A stretch of DNA of 63,716 nt, the filler included, from Chiloscyllium plagiosum (taxonomy: Eukaryota): assembly GCF_004010195.1 (NCBI RefSeq). It is 4 parts of one record of this genome, joined end to end, with 100 filler letters (N's around TTAATTAATTAA, not from the genome) between each part and the next. Parts side by side here need not be neighbours in the genome. Positions count along the whole stretch, not along the records: positions 1 to 26,962 come from NC_057710.1; 3 more parts are not named here. One strand, written 5' to 3'. A program made the translations under genes and the position numbers. Of the stretch, positions 1-11,624 are shown piece after piece. Position 1 is the first letter of the stretch; each line of letters opens with the position of its first letter. The notes beneath the pieces were generated by a model. That model did not search any database and was not told the origin of the DNA. It saw only the letters and a program-made list of their open reading frames with translations.

Positions 1-220
1 GACCTCTTTCTACCTATCACATTTCCGACGCCCCTCCCCCAAGTCCCTCCTCCCTACCTTTTATCTTAGCCTGCTGGACAAACTTTCCCCATTCCTGAAG
101 AAGGGCTTATGCCCGAAACGTCGATTCTCCTGTTCCCTGGATGCTGCCTGACCTGCTGCGCTTTTCCAGCAACACATTTCCAGCTCTGATCTCCAGCATC
201 TGCAGACCTCACTTTCTCCT
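1..220 (+). mobile_element. Penelope-like element 3' terminus (pLTR) with hammerhead motif
   Basis: Same terminal sequence (...gatgctgcctgacctgctg...ccagcatctgcagacctcactttctcct) recurs next to PLE RT/GIY-YIG coding remnants elsewhere in the window. Confidence 0.85.
91..126 (+). ncRNA. Minimal type I hammerhead ribozyme motif
   Basis: AUUC-CUGAAGA-A-GGGC(UUAU)GCCC-GAAAC-GUC-GAUU: CUGANGA and GAAA core, 4-bp stem II, palindromic ACGU stem III, GUC triplet. Confidence 0.75.
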
Positions 221-429
221 CACTTAACCTACGCACACCTGAACACTATGGGCAATTTAGCTTGGCCAATTCACCTGACCTGCACATCTTTGGACTGTGG
301 GAGGAAACTGGAGCACCCGGAGGAAACCCACACACACGGGGAGAATGTGCAAATTGCACACAGGCAATCGCCCAAGGCTGGAATCGAACCTGGGTCGCTA
401 GCGCAGCAGCGCTAAACACTGAGCCACTG
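221..429 (-). mobile_element. HE1-type V-SINE, 5' part
   Basis: Reverse complement shows a tRNA-like head (TGGCTCAGTG...GGTTCGATTCC) and the V-domain GGGTTTCCTCCGGGTGCTCCAGTTTCCTCCCAC. Confidence 0.88.
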
Positions 430-574
430 TTCTGCTCTTTGTAATATATATATTTCTTAAATTTGACAATATAAGAAAGAAATGGTTGTGTAAAGTGGTT
501 TCTGGTTAATTAAAATCAATTTCCTGATGAGTGGTTACTCATTACCTTTATTCATAAATCGATGTAAATGTTGT

Positions 575-1560
575 ATCAGCCATCTCAGCTTCAGGACATC
601 TCTATAGGAGTTCCTCTGGTAAGTGTCCCAGACCTAACCATCTTCTGCTAATTCATCACTGACCTTTTTACAGTAAGGTTAGAAATGGGGATATTCGCTG
701 ATGATTGTACAATGTTCAGCAGCACTTGTAACTCCTCAGATAATGAAGCAGTCCATGCCCCAGTGCAGCAAAACCTGGACAATACGTAGTCTTGGATTGA
801 CACATGGCAAGTAACATTCAGCCACACAATTGCCAGACAGTGACTATTGATATGGACCAGACCAAACCCCTTCAAAATATATAATATATTAAGAAGACAG
901 CATAGACCCCAACTTTTCCTTATTTTAAAAGGCAAGTGTAAAGTGTTGTGTTCTAGATGTGATTTGATTGTCAAAGTACCAGGCTTGAAGTAAAACACAC
1001 TTTCTTCTTATACTATCGTTGAGATAGAAACAAAAGAAAGAATTGTAATAACTCTATTGGAAGACTTTACTGAACAATATTATTTAACTACCAAACAGCC
1101 ACTGTTCCAATGTAGTAACATAACACACCTTAGACAAAGGCAAATTCAGTAAAATAGATTGTCTCACATGCAATTCTAGCAGCAGGAAGAGAACCCCCGA
1201 CGTTTAGCTATAACAGAGAGAGAAATGACAGCTTTCACATCTAGCTTCAAAACCCAGCAACTGCTGAAAGCTACAACTAAAATCCTGATTCTAGGGAAGT
1301 TTGACTCCACTTCTTCAAGCTGCTTCTATTGTTCCAACTTTTACAACAAACCAAAGCTAGATCGGGTCAGGGCAGACCCCTTGGCTCCAGGTTACAAAAC
1401 TTGCTTTCAAAAAGAAATGACAGAACAAAACCTTCTTAAAGACACTTCTCACAACACTATCTCCAACCAGAGAAAATCTAACTATTACCACTTAACATTC
1501 TATAGCATGGCCATCATTGAATTCCCCACGATCTACATCCTGGGAGTTACCATTAACCAA
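575..1560 (+). mobile_element. Old CR1/L2-clade LINE RT remnant, split by a solo LTR
   Basis: Degenerate GVP..SV, IFADDCTMF, QQNLDN..W..TWQVTF at 600-847. The reading resumes at 1457 (TISNQRKSN...ILGVTI). Confidence 0.75.
848..1456. mobile_element. Solo LTR, family A (609 bp)
   Basis: TG...CA ends, 4-bp TSD CTAT (844-847, 1457-1460), cleanly interrupts the LINE. Its start resembles the reverse complement of 51033-50970. Confidence 0.8.
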
Positions 1561-1704
1561 ATCGTATAATTTACCAAATACACCTCTTTGCTTGGTTTGT
1601 TGTATATTTAAAGATGATGTGAGGGAGATCCAAGATGGCGGCAGTCTGAGTGATCTGCTGTGCTGGGCTCTGTGCCATGTCCCCAGGCAAGGTGACCTTT
1701 ACTG

Positions 1705-1834
1705 GGAGAAAGTGAGGTCTGCAGATGCTGGAGATCAAAGTTGAAACTTTATTGCTGGAACAGCACAGCAGATCAGGCAGCATCCAGGGAACAGGAGATT
1801 CGACGTTTCGGGCACAGGCCCTTCTTCAGGAATT
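1705..1834 (-). mobile_element. PLE terminus-only insertion in L1 5'UTR; hammerhead motif at 1833-1798
   Basis: Flanked by ctttactg direct repeat. Minus strand reads AUUC-CUGAAGA-A-GGGC(CUGU)GCCC-GAAAC-GUC-GAAU with a perfect 4-bp stem I. Confidence 0.82.
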
Positions 1835-3044
1835 CTTTACTGCCCCTTTTCAACCACTCCAAGGAGAAAAAGGTATTAATTTAAAATTAATGTTTATTTG
1901 GAGCTGCTGAAATCACCTGAGACACCTTCAAGGCCAGGATGAAGACCGGTAAAGGAAAGGGGTCTAAATGATGACAGCAGACAAGGCACTCCCCTCCTGC
2001 ACCGGGGGTGCCTACAGCCAGTACTCAGCTTCCTGAGACGACCCCTCTGGATCCAGCAGGACAGCAGTACTTACTCTTGGAGTTTGCTAAACTCCGAGAG
2101 TGGATTCAAGCAGCAGTGGAGCCACTGCCTGCCATGCTAAAAAAGAATGAGCAGGAAATCCAGCTCTTGGAACGAAGACTGGAGGCAGTGGAGGAAAGGG
2201 ACGTGGCATTGGAGATGCTGCAAGACTGGGTTCGGGTCCTTCAGGATCAAATTGATGATCTAGAGAATAAAATAGAAGAAACAAATTACGGATCGTGGGC
2301 TCTCAGAATGTGAAGAAGGCAAAAACCTTGTTGGCTTCCTGCAGGGATGGGACCTGAAGTTCCAGGAGTTAGAGTTGGAGTCGGATCTGGTAAGTGTGGG
2401 GCAGGCCCACCGGATCACAACATACTGGTCCAGGCTGGAACAGCACCCCCCCATGTGGTCCTAGAGTAGCTCTTGTATTATAAAGAAAAACAGTTAATAA
2501 TGGAAACAGCAAGAAGATTGGGAAGGAACTCACAAGCTGTATAAAGGTTCAAAGAAAATGTTTTTTCAAGATTTTTCAGGAGCCCTGCTCAAGAGGAGAA
2601 GGACATTTGATGATGTTAAAAAAGAATTAAGGTACTTAAACATCCAATACTCCATGAGGTACCTGCCCGTGTTGCGTTTCACCCACGGGGGTACGGTATA
2701 TAACTTGGACTGCACTGAAAAGGCGAAGGCCTTTGTGAAGTCTCTGCAATGAAGGTTCTGAGTTGGGATGTTACCCGGCTAACTATTACATAAAATAGTT
2801 CCAATTTTACAAATTTACGACAAACCCATACATGTAAACCAATAATCACAAAAAAAGGGAAGAGGAAAAGGGGGAGGGGAAATAGAAAGGGGGGTAATTT
2901 GAAAAAAAAACCCAAACCAATGTCTGCAATAATGCCCCCTCCCCTCCCATCCCAACTCAGGACCTTCATTGCAGAGACTTCACAACAGTGGCTAAAAAAA
3001 GAGGTCTCTTGCCAAACAAAGACTGGTTGAATTTGGAGATAAGC

Positions 3045-3915
3045 TGAAACTTTATTGCTGGAACAGCACAGCAGGTCAGGCAGCATCTAGGGAACAGAAG
3101 ATTCGACGTTTCGGGCACATGCCCTTCTTCAGGAATGAGCAGAGAGTGTTCAGCAGGAGAAGATAAAAGGTAGGGAGGAGGGACTCCTGCTGAACACTCT
3201 CTGCTCATTCCTGAAGAAGGGCATGTGCCCGAAACGTCGAATCTTCTGTTCCCTAGATGCTGCCTGACCTGCTGTGCTGTNNNNNNNNNNNNNNNNNNNN
3301 NNNNNNNNNNNNNNNNNNNNNNNNNNNNNNNNNNNNNNNNNNNNNNNNNNNNNNNNNNNNNNNNNNNNNNNNNNNNNNNNNNNNNNNNNNNNNNNNNNNN
3401 NNNNNNNNNNNNNNNNNNNNNNNNNNNNNNNNNNNNNNNNNNNNNNNNNNNNNNNNNNNNNNNNNNNNNNNNNNNNNNNNNNNNNNNNNNNNNNNNNNNN
3501 NNNNNNNNNNNNNNNNNNNNNNNNNNNNNNNNNNNNNNNNNNNNNNNNNNNNNNNNNNNNNNNNNNNNNNNNNNNNNNNNNNNNNNNNNNNNNNNNNNNN
3601 NNNNNNNNNCTGACGAGGGAGTCGCGGAGGGAGTGGTCTCTACGGACAGCTGATAGGGGAGGGGAGGGAAATATATCCTTGGTGCTGGGGTCTGTTTGGA
3701 GGTGGCGGAAGTGACGGCGGATGATGCGCTGTACATGGAGATTGGTGGGGTGGTAGGTGAGGGCCAGTGGGGTTCTGTCCTGGTGGCGGTTGGAGGGGCG
3801 GGGCTCAAGGGCGGAGGAGCGGGAAGTGGAGGAGATGCGGTGGAGGGCATCGTCGATCACGTCGGGGGGGAAATTGCGGTCCTTGAAGAAGGAGGCCGTC
3901 TGTGTTGTGCGTATT
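3045..3915 (-). mobile_element. Penelope-like element insertion in L1 ORF2 (inverted termini + RT-thumb/linker coding fragment; gapped)
   Basis: 18-bp TSD ttgaatttggagataagc (3027-3044, 3916-3933). Minus ORF ..RTPLALTYHP..IIRRHF..LQTDP..IFPSPP..RRDHSLRDSLV is typical of PLEs. Hammerheads at 3136-3101 (-) and 3207-3242 (+). Confidence 0.88.
3207..3242 (+). ncRNA. Minimal hammerhead ribozyme motif (identical inverted copy at 3101-3136)
   Basis: AUUC-CUGAAGA-A-GGGC(AUGU)GCCC-GAAAC-GUC-GAAU. Confidence 0.78.
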
Positions 3916-6724
3916 TTGAATTTGGAGATAAGCCTGGTAAATATCTGGCTTATTTAACTGGAGGTAAAAAGCCTGCCAATCTATCACCTCTGTTAGGGAG
4001 AAGGCTGGTACGATTATCCATGAATTGAAGAAGATCAATGCTAAGTTTAGGGAATATATTGAAGAGTTATATTGGTCGAAGGGGGGCGAACGTAGTACAA
4101 TGAGAATGCAGTCCTTCTTTGAAAATGTGGACCTCTCCAATGTGAGTAAGGAGCAGGCTTCTCTTTTGAATTTGCTTCTAACAGTGCAGTAAGTGCAGGA
4201 AGCAATGAGGCATCTCTAAGGTAGCAAAGTACCGAGGCCAGATGGATTCCCAACTGAATTCTCTAAGGAATTCATAAACATATTAATGGAGCTACTTCTG
4301 GGGATGTACAAATATTCTTATATACAGGATTGTCTGTTGCCCACTCTTTGGGAAGCTAATATCTCCCTTATTTTAAAGAAAAGGAAGGACCCCGAAGAAT
4401 GTACATCGTATAGACCAATCGCGCTACTGAATGTAGATTTGAAAATGTTATCAAAGATGTTGGCTCTGAGGTTGGAAAAGGTTTTGACCCCTATTATAAA
4501 AGAAGACCAAACAGGTTTTGTTCAGGGCTGCAGTTCCTCTAGCAATATTAGGAGAGTACTAAATACAGTTCAGGTATGTCAACAAAGATTGATTCCGGGG
4601 TTGGTGGTCTCCTTAGAGGCAGAAGAAGCCTTTGATCAGATAGAATGGCCGTATCTGTTTGAGGTTCTCGACCGTTTTGGTTTGGGGGGATCCTTTGCCA
4701 GATGGGTAGCAGTCTGTATAAGGATCCTAAGGCAGCAGTTATTACAAATGGTATTAAGTCAAATAATTTTAATATTAGAAGAGGTAGTCGACAAGGGTGC
4801 CCTTTACCAACATTGCTGTTTACCTTTGGCTATGAACCGTTAGCCAAAACCATCAGAAGGGACACTGAAGTAGTAGTGCCAAAGATGGGAATGGGACAAC
4901 AGAAGATTACCCTGTATGCTCATGAAGTCTTTTTATTCTTGGCCAATCCGGAGAAGTCTGTTCCTCGTCTGGTCCAAACAATTAATTCCTTTGGTAGTTA
5001 TGCCGGTAGGGGGGCATAGTGGAGATGCCTAACTTTAAGGATGGATTGCAATTCCCATTTAGATGGTCACCAAAAGGTTTTTTTTGTATCTGGGAATTTT
5101 TATTACTCCTTCCTTCCACCTGCTGTATAAGGCTAACTTTGAACGATTATTAGAAAGGATAAAACAGGATTTGCAGGGATGGGAGGGATTACCGTTATCA
5201 TGGCTGGGCTGAATAGTCCTGATTAGGATGAATGTCCTTCCCCGACTGCTATATCCTATGAGAATGCTCCTGTTGTTACCGAGACAAGTATTATGGAGGA
5301 TTAATGGTTGGCTAGGGTCCTTTATTTGGTGCCATAGGTGTCCTCTAATTAAATTCACTAAATTGCAGCTTTAGCAGGCTGAGGGAGGGATGGATCTTCC
5401 GGATTTGAAGAAATACCAAATAAGTGCTCTGTTAACATAAGTTGGTGACTGGGTACGGGAGAATTCAGAATCAATCCGGCTTGATATTGAAGCCTCATGG
5501 TTGAGATATCCTCTAATTAATTTATTATTTATGAACAAGATGAAATCCATGAACTAGCAATGCAATATCTAATTATCTTGAATACGGTGAAAGCCTGGAG
5601 GATAATGAGGCAAGACGAGGGCAATTGGTCTAAAACTTCGCCACTTACTCTGTTGGTAGGAGCCCAAGGATTTAAACCTGGGGCAATGGACTCCAGGAGA
5701 ACAAAGGAATTCTATGTTTGGGGGATTTATTCGAGGGAGAGGTCCTGAGGTCATTTAGTCAGTTAAGTCAGAAATATGGATTTTCCAATAAGGACCTTTT
5801 CCGATGTTTCCAGATAAGGGACTATATACAGTGGAAGACCACACTCCTGGTCCAAAGTTATAAATCAGATGTGGAGAAAAGGGTACTCTGGTGTATGGGT
5901 ACTCTTTCACTTAGTACTTTATATCATTTACAGAAAGGCAGTGCTCTGGGGGATATGGAAGGACTCTGTAAGATGTGGAACCCAGGGTTAGGACAGGACA
6001 TTTCACCGGAGATATGGGAAGACATCTTGGGGAATGTAAGGAAAATTTCAGTATGTCACAGAGCACAGGCTATGCAATTGAAGAACTTACACAGGGCTCA
6101 TATGGCACCAGAGAGGCTAGCTAAATTTAAGAGAGGAGTGTCACCAGAATGTCCCAAATGTAAAATTAATATAGGCACTCCCACACATTGTTATTGGTCA
6201 TGTTGCATGATCCAAAGATATTGGAGTGCTATAGTAAGGGAGTTAAAAGACATTCTGGGGATTGAAATTAACATGGATCCAGTAATTCTTCTTTTGGGGT
6301 TGCCAAATTTGCCGACTCTGGGAGAACATGGAAAGAGACTGTGTAACATCCTTACCCATTGTGCGAGGAAGAACATTGTACTGAATTGGACATCAGAAAA
6401 ACCACCAGATCTTATGGGGTGGTGTAAGTTGGTGATGGAGCATCTCCCCCAAGATTACCTCACAAATATTGGGCACCACAAAATAGAACAGTTTTATAGG
6501 ACATGGTGGCCCTTTTTAAATTATATTGACACTGACTTGTCGGTAAAATTAGTCAGGGCCATGATATTGCCGTGGGAATCTTTATGGGTGCGTGTGGTGC
6601 CCCGGAAGGAAGAGACTGGAAGGAAAAGAATATGGGTACGTAGATGGTACTCCCAGGGATGGGACCCTCAGTGGAGTTGTGATATCATTCCTGTTATGTC
6701 AATGTGACTGTTCAGGTCAGCGGA

Positions 6725-7228
6725 ATTGTTCAAAATCACCTTTTTATTTGTTACAAATTATGAAAAAGCAAAAACAAAAGATCTTCATTTTATTAAAGTT
6801 TCAGATTTAGAACATTCATGTAAAATATTGCTAGAAAATTGCAGATTTAGAAACTGCCACAAAGAGGTGAATTCTACATTTGAAGTCTGAGCTTTTCTGG
6901 GTACATTCACTACCATTTGAATTTTTTCCAATTTGGATCATTCTGGTTTTGGATAGTCTGTTTCCTTCTATAACATTGATGGAACAGCTCACTTCACCAA
7001 AAGTTATAATAATCTCCCCTTTTGATCTGTATATCATTCAATTTGAACATCATTGGCAATCTGGTGTTGTGTTACTCTGGCAAAAAAACTTCAGATCACA
7101 GGGTAATGGCTTCACAAAAATTAAATGAAATTTAATCTGCTAATTTTCAATTTGTTTTCTTCTGTTGCACTTTCTGTCAGTCTTCATTTTGTATTAGATG
7201 GATTATGATAAATAAAGGTCATACCTGC
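6725..7228 (-). other. PLAC8: Probable terminal 3'UTR exon of PLAC8 with polyadenylation signals
   Basis: Donor gtaagt at 8566-8561, 40 nt past the stop. Strong acceptor actttttctgtctttacag ends at 7229. Minus-strand AATAAA at 6794-6789 and 6748-6743. The 3' end is approximate. Confidence 0.6.
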
Positions 7229-8049
7229 CTGTAAAGACAGAAAAAGTAGTGGAAGATGTGAATTCAGGAGAAAACATTTTGTACACAAAGTCACAGAAAA
7301 ATAACATATGCTATATTAGCATAAGTAAGTCATTTGGCCTTTGAGCCTGCTCCACCATTCATTATCATTACAGTACATTATCTAACTCAGTTCCACTTTC
7401 CAAAACCAGTAAAAATGTGTTGCTCTCCTTTTCCAACTCTACTGTCATTGCTGATGCCTCATGCTTCCGGTAGCAGTCTGTGGCACATTACACACCTGCA
7501 TGTTCACAAATCAGCTTAAACAGCAAGTATCAATAAACCATTCAATATAGAGGAAAGTCTAGTTGCTCATTCTAGTCATTATCTGATGTTCACAGAGAAG
7601 CAGATTTTAGCAGAGTTCATACACAGTCAGGATTTAACACTTCCTTTGCCCAGAGGCATGATGGGTAACTATAATGCTCCACCTGGGATCAGCTAATATC
7701 ATAAAATAAGGACCGGACATGGGCCTTCCCAGTTTGCCTGCCTCCATGCCACCCACACGCTATGTTCGCCCACTACAGTAAAGGGGTTTTACATGCATTT
7801 TCTATTAGTAAGCTAAAACATTGCAAGAATAAGCAAAACAAACTTGGCTCTGTTACTCTAACTTCACATGTTGATGATTTTATCTATGGTCTCATGAAAT
7901 AATCTACATTATCACAGAAGAGCACCTGTATGCACCCTTTATCACACAGACTAATGTTGCTAGTAGTTTGTTGCTAAAAAAAACTCAACATCTCCTTGCC
8001 TCTCTTCACAATTCCCTTTATATACTGTTAGAGAATTAAGAGGCACAAT

Positions 8050-8520
8050 ATTTTTGTGCTTAAATTGTTGAAGATGCATAGCAGATTGAGCAAGTTGTTA
8101 AAAAGGCATACGGAATACTGGGCTTTATAAATAGAGGCATTGAGTATCAATCTGAAGAAATCAACAGCCAGCCATTATAAAACCTGGTTCAACATCAAGT
8201 ATTGTGTCTAATTCTGGGCACTACACTTAAGGAGGACCATTATGAGTCCACCATGTTGCGGTGGGTCTGAAGTCATGAATAATCCAGATAGGGTGAGGAT
8301 GGAAGATTTCCTTCCCCAAAAGAAATCAGGTGGGTCTTTGTAGCATTTGATGACTGTTTCATATGAAGAATAGCTTTACTTTTAATATTCTAGATTCATC
8401 AACTAAATTGAAAATCCAACAGCAGTCATGGTGGTACTTGAAAGCGTACCCCTACAGCATTAGTCCAAGCCTCTAGATTACTGGCTCAGAGACATTACTG
8501 ATGCATTAATATCTCCCACT
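8050..8520. mobile_element. Old CR1 RT fragment (+) followed by degenerate SINE/LINE-tail remnant (-)
   Basis: KKAYGILGFINRGIEY-like reading near 8100. tRNA-like head on the minus strand near 8420-8500. Confidence 0.5.
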
Positions 8521-8606
8521 GAAGTAACCAAATGAAGAAAGTTTATAACTGGTACCCTCTACTTACCACACAATGTGTAATATATCCAGAAAACCTCTAA
8601 GCAACC

Positions 8607-8696
8607 TCATCTTGCATAATTAATTTCTCTTTTAATTTGGCAAACAGAGCATGGGAGGCAAAATGCGGTTGCACAGAAATCTTTGCAAAGGGATCC
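8607..8696 (-). CDS. PLAC8: PLAC8-family protein, last coding exon (GSLCKDFCATAFCLPCSVCQIKREINYAR*)
   Basis: Acceptor tttttaattgttttgcag, phase 0, GS-x-C-x-D and C-x-x-CQ-x-x-RE PLAC8 motifs, TGA at 8609-8607. Spliced CDS = 109+125+90 = 324 nt, 107 aa, no internal stop. Confidence 0.95.
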   Translation of the reverse strand, partial: GSLCKDFCATAFCLPCSVCQIKREINYAR

Positions 8697-9559
8697 CTGC
8701 AAAACAATTAAAAATTATAATAAGTACACACTAACATACTCACTTCCCTAGGTATGCATAACTACTTTTATTTATGTTTATACATTTCTGTAATCTCTAT
8801 TTTGTTGTCAATTCTCTTCTTGCCTTGCAGTTTGATAGGTGATAGACTTCAATATTATTATATGGTCTGAGAGGAAGGCTTGTTGACTGTGTTACTTTTT
8901 ACAACTCCCAAAATAGAATAATTCACCCTTTTATTATAATGCAAGAGAAGTATCTACATTTATATAACACCTTGTTACCTCACAGCAAAGTTCTCCACAT
9001 AATGGATGCCTGTTCTTATAAAAGCAAACACATGAACAGGCAGCCATTTTGTGAGATGCTAATCTATAGAATTGTAAATGATGAAAGATTTATTATAGCC
9101 TCGGACAGATGAGCTTGGAAAAATATTGACAATGGATTATTTGCTTAAGTTTTGTTTCAAGGCAAAGAGCAGGTGCCATGATCAAGTTACTGCTGTCTGC
9201 TATTCTACAAATGTTACTTTAAGGTGCTTATATTGATGAACCTCTTTTATTTGAAATAATCAGTTCTGGCTTTTGTTAGTTTTACTGAATTGTACAAAAA
9301 TGACAAAATTATTTTAAAATAATAAAGCATCGAGAGCTGAAGAGATAATCTTATGGAAACATTAATATCAAGTTTCAGTAAGGCATAGGAACAAACAAAG
9401 CCTTGCCCAGAGGGTGTTGACTTTGGTTTGCAACTGAATGTACTAGCTGCAGAGTTGCTGTACATACTCTGGAATGGTCCCATTATTAACACAGCAAGGA
9501 AATACCCAACTATTAGAGTCGGTCCAGGAATCAACACACTGATAGACCTAGAGCTCATA

Positions 9560-10400
9560 TAGATCAATGGAAATGGGGCTGGGCCATGGGGTTGAAGTGG
9601 TGATGCAATAGGTAAATGGGATGAAATAACAGTTAGAGTATTGGTAATTAGATTTTGGACAAAGTTATTGAAGTTGGAAGATGAGAGGCTGGCCAAGACA
9701 TCCAGATAAGACAGAGAGTGACAGATAAGCTAAGGCAGAGATAAAATACACATCATTAAGGAGGCAGAAATTAAGGTTTTTGTAGCAGGACAGGAGTGTG
9801 TGAAGTTGAAAATTCATAATCAGAAAGGATGCTAAGTTTGTGAACTGTGTAGTTCAGCCTGACACAGTGACGAGGGAGGAGTTGAATAGTACCTACGGAA
9901 CAGAGTTAATGTTGCAAGTTCACCCTGATGTTTGCTAATTAGTCAAGGGTCCTTTGGATATCTCCTTCTAATAGAAAGTGTCAATTCCTCATATAGCTAG
10001 GGGCACCTAGCCACATCTAGTAAGGCAGAACTACCCCAAGCTGATACAGAGATTAAATCTGACATGTTGAAACCATTCTAACTGAATTAACTGGAAGAAA
10101 TTTCAGCCTTTTCAAACTGGTTCTGATAATGGAGAGTCAGCAGAGAGGTTGAGACAAGATGTAATGAGGGGTAGCTGAATGTATATTTGGGGAATTGGAC
10201 ATATGTTAGAATGGACACAAAGGGGCAGCATGGTTGATTGGGAATAGAGGAGGATCAAGGACAGATCCTTGGAGAAATCGAGAGCTAATAACGTGTTTAA
10301 GAGAAGCTGTTGCTGGGGGTACTCTGGCTATGATTCAATAGTTAAGAGTGGAGTTATGTGATTACAGACCGACTCAGCTGGACAACAAAGGAGAACAGGG
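9560..10400 (-). mobile_element. Highly degenerate L2-like LINE remnant
   Basis: Minus strand near 10245-10280 reads as decayed PQGSVLxPxLF. Purine-rich texture typical of antisense L2. Boundaries approximate. Confidence 0.5.
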
Positions 10401-10425
10401 AGGTTGGAATGTTGTATAAAAATGT

Positions 10426-10723
10426 GCAGAACTAAGATGGTTTTCACTGAAAAATAAAGATGACAAGGGGCCATGGTTCAAGTTACTAGAAGGCTGAAGA
10501 GCTCCCTAAATAGAGTCACAGTCATAGAGATGTACAGCACAGGAACAAGCCCTTCGGTCCAACTCGTCCATGCGCAGAACTAAGATGGTTTTCACTGAAA
10601 AATAAAGATGACCAGGGGCCATGGTTCAAGTTTCTAGAAGGCTGAAGAGCTCCCTAAATAGAGTCACAGAGTCATAGAGATGTACAGCACAGGAACAAGC
10701 CCTTCGGTCCAACTCGTCCATGC
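10426..10723. repeat. ~148-bp tandem duplication spanning unique flank and CR1 tail
   Basis: Copies start at 10426 and 10574 and differ by 2 substitutions and a 2-nt indel. Confidence 0.9.
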
Positions 10724-11235
10724 TGACCAAATATCCTGAAGTAATTTGTCCCATTTGCCAGCACTTGGCCCATATCTCTCTAAACCCTGCTATTCATATA
10801 ACCCATCCAGATGCATTTTAAATGTGGTAATTGTACCAGCCCCTACCACTTTCTCTGTCAGCTCATTTGATACATGTACTACCCTCTGCGTGAAAATGTT
10901 GCCCCTTAGGTCCCTTTTATATCTTTTCCTCTCACCCTAAACCTATGCCCCCTAGTTCTAGGCTCCCCCACTCCAGGGAAAAAACCTTGTCTATTTACTC
11001 TATCCATGCCCCTCATACTTTGATAAGCTTTTATAAGGTCACCCCTCAGCCTCTGATGCTCCAGGGAAAACAGCTCCAGCCTATTCAGCCTCTCCCTATA
11101 GCTCCAATCCTCCAACCCATGGCAACATCCTTGTAAATCTTTTCTGAACCTTTTCAAGTTTCCGATAGGAAGGAGACCAGAATTGCACACAATATTCCAA
11201 CAGTGACCTCAGCATTGTCCTGTGCAGCCACAAGT
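10659..11235 (-). mobile_element. CR1/HER1-type LINE 3' fragment
   Basis: SYRERLNRLELFSLE..RLRGDLI..RTRGHRF, with (ctctatga)-type tail. Confidence 0.9.
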
Positions 11236-11624
11236 AATAGACTATTTAAATAATTCTGCCATTGTAAAGCCAAAGGGCTCAGGTTTGAAATGGGATGACT
11301 AAATTCAACCGAGATTAAAAACTATAAGAAACATTTTCCAGCTGAAGCGGCAAAAATGAAGAATCATCTTCTAACAAACATATTTGTGGAACACTTCTTC
11401 AAATAGGATCTCAATAAATGTCTGTTGAGGAGAAGATCGCTAATGATAGGGATAGGCAAAGACTACCAGGATCAAATTTTCATAAAACAAGTGGTTCCTG
11501 TTTTATTCCTATAGGGGACTGGGAGGCTGTGATAAGAACAGTATCTGGAACTCAGCCATTCGGGATTTATTGGTACATGAATGATGGTACATGAATGGAG
11601 ATTTGCTTATTTATATCTGGGAAT

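Larger units (their letters stand above)
1622..6710 (+). mobile_element. Degenerate L1 LINE (5'UTR, ORF1 ~1939-2752, ORF2 remnant ~2986-6600), with internal inversion/deletion and two PLE insertions
   Basis: caagatggcgg start. ORF1 coiled coil and MFFQDFS...RYP-like C-terminus. ORF2 motifs YRPIALLNVD, DQTGF, RGSRQGCPL, CPKC...H...C. Multiple stops and frameshifts. Confidence 0.92.

Noticed and set aside
2966..3860. Long ORFs spanning N-runs (also 16739-17723)
   Set aside because: Length is an artefact of X codons across assembly gaps.
9247..9696. 149-aa minus ORF in the PLAC8 intron
   Set aside because: Low-information sequence overlapping a decayed L2-like remnant, with no recognisable domain or splice context.
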